Below are positions 27,401 through 41,400 of a stretch of 64,000 bases of DNA, in pieces. The first letter of the stretch is position 1; every line of letters starts with the position of its first letter. Position numbers and translations under genes: made by a program. Source of the DNA: the human T2T-CHM13v2.0 reference genome, Homo sapiens; assembly GCF_009914755.1 (NCBI RefSeq), contig NC_060925.1; one strand, written 5' to 3'. The notes below the pieces were generated by a model. It searched no databases and was not told the origin of the DNA. It saw only the letters and a program-made list of their open reading frames with translations.

Positions 27401-30400
27401 GAATGGAATTGAATGGAATCATCGAATGGTCTCTAATGGAATCATTATCAAATGGAATCGAATGGAATCACCGAATAGAATCGAATGGAACAATGATCGA
27501 ATGGACTCAAATGGAATTATCCTCAAAAGGAATCGAATGGAATTATCGAATGCAATCGAATGGAATAATCGAATGCAATCGAATAGAATCATCGAATGGA
27601 CTTGAAAGGAATCGTCGATTGAAATGGAATGGAATAGTCAATGAACTCGAATGGAATCATCATTGAATGGAATCATCGAGTGGAATCGAATGGAATCATG
27701 ATCAAATGGAATCGAAAGTAATCATCATCAAATGGAATCAAAAATAACCATCATCAATTGGTATTGAATGGAATTGTCATCAAACGGAATTCAAAGGAAT
27801 CATCATCAAATGGAACCGAATGGAATCCTCATTGAATGGAAATGAAAGGAGTCATCATCTAATGGAATCGCATGGAATCATCATCAAATGGAATCGAATG
27901 GAATCATCATCAAATGGAATCTAATGGAATCATTGAACGGAATTGAATGGAATCGTCATCGAATGAATTGAGTGCAATCAACGAATGGTCTCGAATGGAA
28001 CCATCTCCAAATGGAATGGAATGGAATCATCGCATAGGACCGAATGGAATTATCATCGAGTGGACTCGAATGGAATCAACATCAAACGGAATCAAACGGA
28101 GTTATCGAATGGAATCGAAAAGAATCATCGAACGGACTCGAATGGAATCATCTAATGGAATGGAATGGAAGAATCCATGGACTCGAATGCAATCATCATC
28201 GAATGGAATCGAATGGAATCATCGAATGGACTCGAATGGAATAATCATTGAACGGAATCGAAAGAATCATCATCGGATGGAAACGAATGGAATCATCATC
28301 GAATGGAATCGAATGGGATCATCAAATGGAATCAGATGGAATCATCATCCAATGGAATCGAATAGAATTATGGAATGAAATCCAATGTGATCATCATTGA
28401 ATGGACTCGAATGGAATCATCATCCAGTGGAAACTAATGGAATCAACATCGAATGTAATCGAATGGAAACACCATCGAATTAAAACGAATGGAATTATCA
28501 TGAAATTGAAATGGATGGACTCATCATCGAATGGATTCGAATGGAATCATCGAATGAAATTGATTGAAATCATCATCAAATGGAATCGAAAGGAATCATT
28601 GAATGGAATCGAATGGAATCATCATCAGATGGAAATGAATGGAATCATCATAGAATGGAATCGCATGGATTCATTGAATGGAATCAGATGGAATCATCGA
28701 ATGGACTTGAATGGAATCGTTGAATGGACTCGAATGGAATCATTATTGAATGGAATTGAATAGAATCATCGAATGGTCTCGAATGGAATCATTATCAAAT
28801 GAAGTCGAATGGAATCACCGAATAGAATCGAATGGAACAATCATTGAATGGACTCAAATGGAATTATCCTCAAATGGAATCAAATGGATTTATCAAATGC
28901 AATCAAATGGAATTATCGAATGCAATCGAATAGAATCATCGAATGGACTCGAATGGAATCATCGAATGGAATGCAATGGATTAATCCATGGACTCGAATT
29001 CAATCACCATCGAATACAATCGAATGGAGCCATCGAATCGACACAAATGGAATAATCATTGAATGGAATCGAATGGAATCATCGAGTGGAATCGAATGGA
29101 ATCATGATCAAATGGAATCGAATGTAATCATCATCAAACGGAATCTAAAATAACCATCATCAATTGGTATTGAATGGAATTGTCATCAAATGGAATTCAA
29201 AGGAATCATCATCAAATGGAACCGAATGGAATCCTCATTGAATGGAAATGAAAGGAGTCATCATCTAATGGAATCGCATGGAATCATCATCAAATGGAAT
29301 CGAATGGAATCATCATCAAATGGAATCTAATCGAATTATTGAACGGAATTGAATGGAATCGTCATCGAATGAATTGAATGCAATCAACGAATGGTCTCGA
29401 ATGGAACCACCTCCAAATGGAATGGAATGGAATCATCGCATAGAATCGAATGGAATTATCATCGAATGGACTCGAATGGAATCAACATCAAACGGAATCA
29501 AACGGAATTATCGAATGGAATCGAAGAGAATCATCGAATGGACTCGAATGGAATCATCTAATGGAATGGAATGGAAGAATCCATGGACTCGAATGCAATC
29601 ATCATCGAATGGAATCGAAAGGAATCATCGAATGGACTCGAATGGAATAATCATTGAACGGAATCGAATGGAATCATCATCGGATGGAAACGAATGGGAT
29701 CATCAAATGGAATCAGATGGAATCATCATCAAATGGAATCGAATAGAATTATGGAATGAAATACATTGTGATCATCATCGAATGGACTCGAATGGAATCA
29801 TTATCCAATGGAAACTAATGGAATCAACATCGAATGCAATCGAATGGAAACACCATCGAATTGAAACGAATGGAATTATCATGAAATTGAAATGGATGGA
29901 CTCATCATCGAATGGATTCGAATGGAATCATCGAATGAAATTGATTGAAATCATCATCAAATGGAATCGAATGGAATCATTGAATGGAATCGAATGGAAT
30001 CATCATCAGATGGAAATGAATGGAATCATCATAGAATGGAATCGAATGGATTCATTGAATGGAATCAGATGGAATCATCGAATGGACTTGAATGGAATCA
30101 TTGAATGCACTCGAATGGAATCATTATTGAATGGAATTGAATGGAATCATCGAATGGTCTCGAATGGAATCATTATCAAATGGAATCGAATGGAATCACC
30201 GAATAGAATCGAATGGAACAATCATCGAATGGACTCAAATGGAATTATCCTCAAATGGAATCGAATGGAATTATCGAATGCAATCGAATGGAATAATCGA
30301 ATGCAATCGAATAGAATCATCGAATGGACTTGAAAGGAATCGTCGATTAAAATGGAATGGAATAGTCAATGAACTCGAATGGAATCATCATTGAATGGAA

Positions 30401-32400
30401 TCATCGAGTGGAATCGAATGGAATCATGATCAAATGGAATCGAAAGTAATCATCATCAAATGGAATCAAAAATAACCATCATCAATTGGTATTGAATGGA
30501 ATTGTCATCAAACGGAATTCAAAGGAATCATCATCAAATGGAACCGAATGGAATCCTCATTGAATGGAAATGAAAGGAGTCATCATCTAATGGAATCGCA
30601 TGGAATCATCAACAAATGGAATCGAATGGAATCATCATCAAATGGAATCTAATGGAATCATTGAACGGAATTGAATGGAATCGTCATCGAATGAATGGAA
30701 TGCAATCAACGAATGGTCTCGAATGGAACCATCTCCAAATGGAATGGAATGGAATCATCGCATAGAATCGAATGGAATTATCATCGAATGGACTCGAATG
30801 GAATCATCATCAAACGGAATCAAACGGATTTATCGAATGGAATCGATGAGAATCATCGAACGGACTCGAATGGAATCATCTAATGGAATGGAATGGAAGA
30901 ATCCATGGACTCGAATGCAATCATCATCGAATGGAATCGAATGGAATCATCGAATGGACTCGAATGGAATAATCATTGAACGGAATCGAATGGAATCATC
31001 ATCGGATGGAAACGAATGGAATCATCATCGAATGGAATCGAATGGGATCATCAAATGGAATCAGATGGAATCATCATCAAATGGAATAGAATAGAATTAT
31101 GGAATGAAATCCAATGTGATCATCATTGAATGGACTCGAATGGAATCATCATCCAATGGAAACTAATGGAATCAACATCGAATGGAATCGAATGGAAACA
31201 CCATCGAATTGAAACGAATGGAATTATCATGGAATTGAAATGGATGGACTCATCATCGAATGGATTCGAATGGAATCATCGAATGAAATTGATTGAAATC
31301 ATCATCAAATGGAATCGAAAGGAATCATTGAATGGAATCGAATGGAATCATCATCAGATGGAAATGAATGGAATCATCATAGAATGGAATCGCATGGATT
31401 CATGGAATGGAATAAGATGGAATCATCGAATGCACTTGAATGGAATTGTTGAATGGACTCGAATGGAATCATTATTGAATGGAATTGAATAGAATCATCG
31501 AATGGTCTCGAATGGAATCATTATCAAATGAAGTCGAATGGAATCATCGAATAGAATCGAATGGAACAATCATCGAATGGACTCAAATGGAATTATCCTC
31601 AAATGGAATCAAATGGATTTATCGAATGCAATCGAATGGAATTATCGAATGCAATCGAATAGAATCATCGAATGGACTCGAATGGAATCATCGAATGGAA
31701 TGCAATGGATTAATCCATGGACTCGAATTCAATCACCATCGAATACAATCGAATGGAGTCATCGAATCGACTCAAATGGAATAATCATTGAATGGAATCG
31801 AATGGAATCATCGAGTGGAATGGAATGGAATCATGATCAAATGGAATCGAATGTAATCATCATCAAATGGAATCTAAAATAATCATCATCAATTGGTATT
31901 GAATGGAATTGTCATCAAATGGAATTCAAAGGAATCATCATCAAATGGAACCGAATGGAATCCTCATTGAATGGAAATGAAAGGAGTCATCATCTAATGG
32001 AATCGCATGGAATCATCATCAAATGGAATCGAATGGAATCATCATCAAATGGAATCTAATGGAATCATTGAACGGAATTGAATGGAATCGTCATCGAATG
32101 AATTGAATGCAATCAAGGAATGGTCTCGAATGGAACCATCTCCAAATGGAATGCAGTGGAATCATCACATAGAATCGAATGGAATTATCATGGAATAGAC
32201 TCGAATGGAATCAACATCAAACGGAATCAAACGGAATTATCGAATGGAATCGAAAAGAATCATCGAACGGACTCGAATGGAATCACCTAATGGAATGGAA
32301 TGGAAGAATCCATGGACTCGAATACAATCATCAGCGAATGGAATCGAATGGAATCATCGAATTGACTCGAATGGAATAATCATTGAATGGAATCGAATGG
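18430..32400 (+). repeat. ~5.45-kb tetrameric higher-order repeat (A1-B1-A2-B2), about 2.6 copies
   Basis: Private variants recur at offsets of ~5441 and ~5454-5457: TCTAATCGAA (18431/23872/29326), AATCGATGAG and GGAATAAGAT (B1), AATCAAGGAATGG (A2), and GAGTGCAATC, ATAGGACCG, GAGCCATCGAATCGACAC (B2). Confidence 0.9.
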
Positions 32401-34723
32401 AATCATCATCGGATGGAAACGAATGGAATCATCAAATGGAATCAGATGGAATCATCATCAAATGGAATCGAATAGAATTATGGAATGAAATCCATTGTGA
32501 TCATCATCGAATGGACTCGAATGGAATCATCATCCAATGGAAACTAATGGAATCAACATCGAATGGAATCGAATGGAAACACCATCGAATTGAAACGAAT
32601 GGAATTATCATGAAATTGAAATGGATGGACTCATCATCGAATGGATTCGAATGGAATCATCGAATGAAATTGATTGAAATCATCATCAAATGGAATCGAA
32701 TGGAATCATTGAAAGGAATCGAATGGAATCATCATCAGATGCAAATGAATGGAATCATCATAGAATGGAATCGAATGGATTCATTGAATGGAATCAGATG
32801 GAATCATCGAATGGACTTGAATGGAATCATTGAATGGACTCGAATGGAATCATTATGGAATGGAATTGAATGGAATCATCGAATGGTCTCGAATGGAATC
32901 ATTATCAAATGGAATCGAATGGAATCACCGAATAGAATCGAATGGAACAATCATCGAATGGACTCAAATGGAATTATCCTCAAATGGAATCGAATGGAAT
33001 TATCGAATGCAATCGAATGGAATAATCGAATGCAATCGAATAGAATCATCGAATGGACTTGAAAGGAATCATCGATTGAAATGGAATGGAATAGTCAATG
33101 AACTCGAATGGAATCATCATTGAATGGAATCATCGAGTGCAATCGAATGGAATCATGATCAAATGGAATCGAAAGTAATCATCATCAAATGGAATCAAAA
33201 TAACCATCATCAATTGGTATTGAATGGAATTGTCATCAAACGGAATTCAAAGGAATCATCATCAAATGGAACCGAATGGAATCCTCATTGAATGGAAATG
33301 AAAGGAGTCATCATCTAATGGAATCGCATGGAATCATCATCAAATGGAATCGAATGGAATCATCATCAAATGGAATCGAATGGAATCATTGAACGGAATT
33401 GAATGGAATCGTCATCGAATGAATTGAATGCAATCAACGAATGGTCTCGAATGGAACCACCTCCAAATGGAATGGAATGGAATCATCGCATAGAATCGAA
33501 TGGAATTATCATCGAATGGACTCGAATGGAATCAACATCAAACGGAATCAAACGGAATTATCGAATGGAATCGAAGATAATCATCGAATGGAATCGAATG
33601 GAATCATCTAATGGAATGGAATGGAAGAATCCATGGACTCGAATGCAATCATCATCGAATGGAATCGAATGGAATCATCGAATGGACTCGAATGGAATAC
33701 TCATTGAACGGAATCGAATGGAATCATCATCGGATGGAAACGAATGGAATCATCAAATGGAATCAGATGGAATCATCATCAAATGGAATCGAATAGAATT
33801 ATGGAATGAAATCCATTGTGATCATCATCAAATGGACTCGAATGGAATCATCATCCAATGGAAACTAATGGAATCAACATCGAATGAAATCGAATGGAAA
33901 CACCACCGTATTGAAACGAATGGAATTATCATGAAATTGAAATGGATGGACTCATCATCGAATGGATTCGAATGGAATCATCGAACGAAATTGATTGAAA
34001 TCATCATCAAATGGAATCGAATGGAATCATTGAATGGAATCGAATGGAATCATCATCAGATGGAAATGAATGGAATCATCATAGAATGGAATCGCATGGA
34101 TTCATTGAATGGAATCAGATGGAATCATCGAATGGACTTGAATGGAGTCGTTGAATGGACTCGAATGGAATCATTATGGAATGGAATTGAATGGAATCAT
34201 CGAATGGTCTCGAATGGAATCATTATCAAATGGAATCGAATGGAATCACCGAATAGAATCGAATGGAACAATCATCGAATGGACTCAAATGGAATTATCC
34301 TCAAATGGAATCGAATGGAATTATCGAATGCAATCGAATGGAATAATCGAATGCAATCGAATAGAATCATCGAATGGACTTGAAAGGAATCATCGATTGA
34401 AATGGAATGTAATAGTCAATGAACTCGAATGGAATCATCATTGAATGGAATCATCGAGTGGAATCGAATGGAATCATGATCAAATGGAATCGAAAGTAAT
34501 CATCATCAAATGGAATCAAAATAACCATCATCAATTGGTATTGAATGGAATTGTCATCAAACGGAATTCAAAGGAATCATCATCAAATGGAACCGAATGG
34601 AATCCTCATTGAATGGAAATGAAAGGAGTCATCATCTAATGGAATCGCATGGAATCATCATCAAATGGAATCGAATGGAATCATCATCAAATGGAATCTA
34701 ATGGAATCATTGAACGGAATTGG

Positions 34724-35463
34724 ATGGAATCGTCATCGAATGAATTCAATGCAATCAACGAATGGTCTCGAATGGAACCACCTCCAAATGGCATGGAATG
34801 GAATCATCGCATAGAATCGAATGGAATTATCATCGAATGGACCCGAATGGAATCAACATCAAACGGAATCAAACGGAATTATCGAATGGAATCGAAGAGA
34901 ATCATCGAACGGACTCGAATGGAATCATCTAATGGAATGGAATGGAAGAATCCATGGACTCGAATGCAATCATCATCGAATGAAATCGAATGGAATCATC
35001 GAATGGACTCGAATGGAATAATCATTGAACGGAATCGAATGAATCATCATCGAATGGACTCGAATGGAATCATCGAATGGAATGCAATGGATTAATCCAT
35101 GGACTCGAATTCAATCACCATCGAATACAATCGAATGGAGTCATCGAATCGACTCAAATGGAATAATCATTGTATGGAATCGAATGGAATCATCGAGTGG
35201 AATCGAACGGAATCATGATCAAGTGGATTCGAATGTAATCATCATCAAATGGAATCAAAAATAAACATCATCAATTGGAATTGAATGGAATTGTCATCAA
35301 ATGGACGTTAAAGGAATCATCATCAAATGGAACCGAATGGAATCCTCATTGAATGGAAATGAAAGGAGTCATCATCTAATGGAATCACATGGAATCATCA
35401 TCAAATGGAATCGAATGGAATCATCATCAAATGGAATCTAATGGAATCATTGAACGGAATTGA
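34724..35463 (+). repeat. Truncated monomer (740 bp; 667 bp shorter than B)
   Basis: Head sequence ...GAACGGAATCGAATGAATCATCATCG joins directly to the B tail AATGGACTCGAATGGAATCATCGAATGGAATGCAATGG at ~35040-35060. Confidence 0.88.
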
Positions 35464-38400
35464 ATGGAATCGTCATCGAATGAATTCAATGCAATCAACG
35501 AATGGTCTCGAAGGAACGACCTCCAAATGGAAAGGAATGGAATCATCGCATAGAATCGAATGGAATTATCATTGAATGGACTCGAATGGAATCAACATCA
35601 AACAGAATCAAACGGAATTATCGAATGGAATCGAAGAGAATCATCGAATGGACTCGAATGGAATCATCTAATGGAATGGAATGGAAGAATCCATGGTCTC
35701 GAATGCAATCATCTTCGAATGGAATCGAATGGAATCATAGAATGGACTCGAATGGAATAATCATTGAACGGAATCGAATGGAATCACCATCGGATGGAAA
35801 CGAATGGAATCATCAAATGGAATCAGATGGAATCATCATCAAATGGAATCGAATAGAATTATGGAATGAAATCCATTGTGATCATCATCGAATGGACTCG
35901 AATGGAATCATCATCCAATGGAAACTAATGGAATCAACATCGAATGGAATCGAATGGAAACTCCATCGAATTGAAACGAATGGAATTATCATGAAATTGA
36001 AATGGATGGACTCATCATCGAATGGATTCGAATGGAATCATCGAATGAAATTGATTGAAATCATCATCAAATGGAATCGAATGGAATCATTGAATGGAAT
36101 CGAATGGAATCATCATCAGATGGAAATGAATGGAATCATCATAGAATGGAATCGAGTGGATTCATTGAATGGAATCAGATGGAATCATCGAATGGACTTG
36201 AATGGAATCATTGAATGGACTCGAATGGAATCATTATTGAATGGAATTGAATGGAATCATCGAATGGTCTCGAATGGAATCATTATCAAATGGAATCGAA
36301 TGGAATCACCGAATAGAATCGAATGGAACAATCATCGAATGGACTCAAATGGAATTATCCTCAGATGGAATCGAATGGAATTATCGAATGCAATCGAATG
36401 GAATAATCGAATGCAATCGAATAGAATCATCGAATGGACTTGAAAGGAATCATCGATTGAAATGGAATGGAATAGTCAATGAACTCGAATGGAATCATCA
36501 TTGAATGGAATCATCGAGTGGAATCGAATGGAATCATGATCAAATGGAATCGAAAGTAATCATCATCAAATGGAATCAAAAATAAACATCATCAATTGGT
36601 ATTGAATGGAATTGTCATCAAACGGAATTCAAAGGAATCATCATCAAATGGAACCGAATGGAATCCTCATTGAATGGAAATGAAAGGAGTCATCATCTAA
36701 TGGAAACGCATGGAATCATCATCAAATGGAATCGAATGGAATCATCATCAAATGGAATCTAATGGAATCATTGAACGGAATTGAATGGAATCGTCATCGA
36801 ATGAATTCAATGCAATCAACGAATGGTCTCGAATGGAACCATCTCCAAATGGAATGGAATGGAATCATCGCATAGAATCGAATGGAATTATCATCGAATG
36901 GACTCGAATGGAATCAACATCAAACGGAATCAAACGGAATTATCGAATGGAATCGAATAGAATCATCGAACGGACTCGAATGGAATCATCTAATGGAATG
37001 GAATGGAAGAATTCATGGACTCGAATGCAATCATCATCGAATGGAATCGAATGGAATCATCGAATGGACTCGAATGGAATAATCATTGAACGGAATCGAA
37101 TGGAATCATCATCGGATGGAAACGAATGGAATCATCATCGAATGGAATCGAATGGGATCATCAAATGGAATCAGATGGAATCATCATCAAATGGAATCGA
37201 ATAGAATTATGGAATGAAATCCAATGTGATCATCATTGAATGGACTCGAATGGAATCATCATCCAATGGAAACTAATGGAATCAACATCGAATGGAATCG
37301 AATGGAAACACCATCGAATTGAAACGAATGGAATTGTCATGAAATTGAAATGGATGGACTCATCATCGAATGGATTCGAATGGAATCATCGAATGAAATT
37401 GATTGAAATCATCATCAAATGGAATCGAAAGGAATCATTGAATGCAATCGAATAGAATCATCATCAGATGGAAATGAATGGAATCATCATAGAATGGAAT
37501 CGCATGGATTCATTGAATGGAATCAGATGGAATCATCGAATGGACTTGAATGGAATCGTTGAATGGACTCGAATGGAATCATTATTGAATGGAATTGAAT
37601 AGAATCATCGAATGGTCTCGAATGGAATCATTATCAAATGAAGTCGAATGGAATCACCGAATAGAATCGAATGGAACAATCATCCAATGGACTCAAATGG
37701 AAGTATCCTCAAATGGAATCAAATGGATTTATCGAATGCAATCGAATGGAATTATCGAATGCAATCGAATAGAATCATCGAATGGACTCGAATGGAATCA
37801 TCGAATGGAATGCAATGGATTAATCCATGGACTCGAATTCAATCACCATCGAATACAATCGAATGGAGTCACCGAATCAACTCAAATGGAATAATCATTG
37901 AATGGAATCGAATGGAATCATCGAGTGGAATCGAATGGAATCATGATCAAATGGAATTGAATGTAATCATCATCAAATGGAATCAAAAATAAACATCATC
38001 AATAGGTATTGAATGGAATTGTCATCAAACGGAATTCAAAGGAATCATCATCAAATGGAACCGAATGGAATCCTCATTGAATGGAAATGAAAGGAGTCAT
38101 CATCTAATGGAATCGCATGGAATCATCATCAAATGGAATCGAATGGAATCGTCATTAAATGGAATCTAATGGAATCATTGAACGGAATTGAATGGAATCG
38201 TCATCAAATGAATTCAATGCAATCAACGAATGGTCTCGAATGGAACCACCTCCAAATGGAATGGAATGGAATCATCGCATAGAATCGAATGGAATTATCA
38301 TCGAATGGATTCGAATGGAATCAACATCAAACGGGATCAAACGGAATTATCGAATGGAATCGAAGAGAATCATCGAACGGACTCGAATGGAATCATCTAA

Positions 38401-41400
38401 TGGAATGGAATGGAAGAATCCATGGACTCGAATGCAATCATCATCGAATGGAATCGAATGGAATCATTGAATGGACTCGAATGGAATAATCATTGAATGG
38501 AATCGAATGGAATCATCATCGGATGGAAACGAATGGAATCATCAAATGGAATCAGATGGAATCATCATCAAATGGAATCGAATAGAATTATGGAATGAAA
38601 TCCATTGTGATCATCATCGAATGGACTCGAATGGAATCATCATCCAATGGAAACTAATGGAATCAACATCGAATGGAATCGAATGGAAACTCCATCGAAT
38701 TGAATCGAATGGAATTATCATGAAATTGAAATGGATGGACTCATCATCGAATGGATTCGAATGGAATCATCGAATGAAATTGATTGAAATCATCATCAAA
38801 TGGAATCGAATGGAATCATTGAATGGAATCGAATGGAATCATCATCAGATGGAAATGAATGCAATCATCATAGAATGGAATCGAGTGGATTCATTGAATG
38901 GAAACAGATGGAATCATCGAATGGACTTGAATGGAATCATTGAATGGACTCGAATGGAATCATTATTGAATGGAATTGAATGGAATCATCGAATGGTCTC
39001 GAATGGAATCATTATCAAATGGAATCGAATGGAATCACCGAATAGAATCGAATGGAACAATCATCGAATGGACTCAAATGGAATTATCCTCAAATGGAAT
39101 CGAATGGAATTATCGAATGCAATCGAATGGAATAATCGAATGCAATCGAATAGAATCATCGAATGGACTTGAAGGGAATCATCGATTGAAATGGAATGGA
39201 ATAGTCAATGAACTCGAATGGAATCATCATTGAATGGAATCATCGAGTGGAATCGAATGGAATCATGATCAAATGGAATCGAATGTAATCATCATCAAAT
39301 GGAATCAAAAATAACCATCATCAATTGGTATTGAATGGAATTGTCATCAAACGGAATTCAAAGGAATCATCAACAAATGGAACCGAATGGAATCCTCATT
39401 GAATGGAAATGAAAGGAGTCATCATCTAATGGAATCGCATGCAATCATCATCAAATGGAATCGAAGGGAATCATCATCAAATGGAATCTAATGGAATCAT
39501 TGAACGGAATTGAATGGAATCGTCATCGAATGAATTCAATGCAATCAACGAATGGTCTCGAATGGAACCACCTCCAAATGGAATGGAATGGAATCATCGC
39601 ATAGAATCGAATGGAATTATCATCGAATTGATTCGAATGGAATCAACATCAAATGGGATCAAACGGATTTATCGAATGGAATCGAAGAGAATCATCGAAC
39701 GGACTCGAATGGAATCATCTAATGGAATGGAATGGAAGAATCCATGGACTCGAACGCAATCATCATCGAATGGAATCGAATGGAATCATCGAATGGACTC
39801 GAATGGAATAATCATTGAACGGAATCGAATGAATCATCATCGGATGGAAACGAATGGAATCATCATCGAATGGAATCGAATGGGATCATCAAATGGAATC
39901 AGATGGAATCATCATCAAATGGAATCGAATAGAATTATGGAATGAAATCCAATGTGATCATCATTGAATGGACTCGAATGGAATCATCATCCAATGGAAA
40001 CTAATGGAATCAACATCGAATGGAATCGAATGGAAACACCATCGAATTGAAACGAATGGAATTATCATGAAATTGAAATGGACGGCCTCATCATCGAAGG
40101 GATTCGAATGGAATCATCGAATGAAATTGATGGAAATCATCATCAAATGGAATCGAAAGGAATCATTTAATGGAATGGAATGGAATCATCATCAGATGGA
40201 AATGAATGGAATCATCATAGAATGGAATCGAATGGATTCATTGAGTGAAATCAGATGGAATCATCGAATGGACTTGAATGGAATCGTTGAATGGACTCGA
40301 ATGGAATCATTATTGAATGAAATTGAATAGAATCATCGAATGGTCTCGAATGGAATCATTATCAAATGAAGTCGAATGGAAACACCGAATAGAATCGAAT
40401 GGAACAATCATCGAATGGACTCAAATGGAATTATCCTCAAATGGAATCAAATGGATTTATCGAATGCAATCGAATGGAATTATCGAATGCAATCGAATAG
40501 AATCATCGAATGGACGCGAATGGAATCATTGAATGGAATGCAATGGATTAATCCATGGACTCGAATGCAATCACCATCGAATACAATCGAATGGAGTCAT
40601 TGAATCGACTCAAATGGAATAATCATTGAATGGAATCGAATGGAATCATCGAGTGGAATCGAATGGAATCATGATCAAATGGAATCGAATGTAATCATCA
40701 TCAAATGGAATCAAAAATAAACATCATCAATTGGTATTGAATGGAATTGTCATCAAATGGAATTCAAAGGAATCATCATCAAATGGAATCGAATGGAATC
40801 CTCATTGAATGGAAATGAAAGGAGTCATCATCTAATGGAATCGCATTGAATCATCATCAAATGGAATCGAATGGAATCATCATCAAATGGAATCTAATGG
40901 AATCATTGAACGGAATTCAATGGAATTGTCATCGAATGAATTGAATGCAATCAACGAATGGTCTCGAATGGAACCGCTTCCAAATGGAAAGGAATGGAAT
41001 CATCGCATAGAATCGAATGGAATTATCATCGAATGGACTCTAATGGAATCAACATCAAACAGAATCAAACGGAATTATCGAATGGAATCGAAGAGAATCA
41101 TCGAATGGACTCGAATGGAATCATCTAATGGAATGGAATGGAAGAATCCATGGACTCGAATGCAATCATCATCGAATGGAATCGAATGGAATCATCGAAT
41201 GGACTCGAATGCAATAATCATTGAACAGAATCGAATGGAATCATCATCGGATGGAAACGAATTGGATCATCAAATGGAAGCAGATGGAATCATCATCAAA
41301 TGGAATCGAATAGAATTATGGAATGAAATCCATTGTGATCATCATCGAATGGACTCGAATGGAATCATCATCCAATGGAAACTAATGGAATCAACATCGA

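Noticed and set aside
18430-32400. Tetramer copies as an assembly duplication artefact
   Set aside because: Copies differ by distinct indels (13 bp, 3 bp) and several substitutions, which favours real duplication. Read validation would still be needed.
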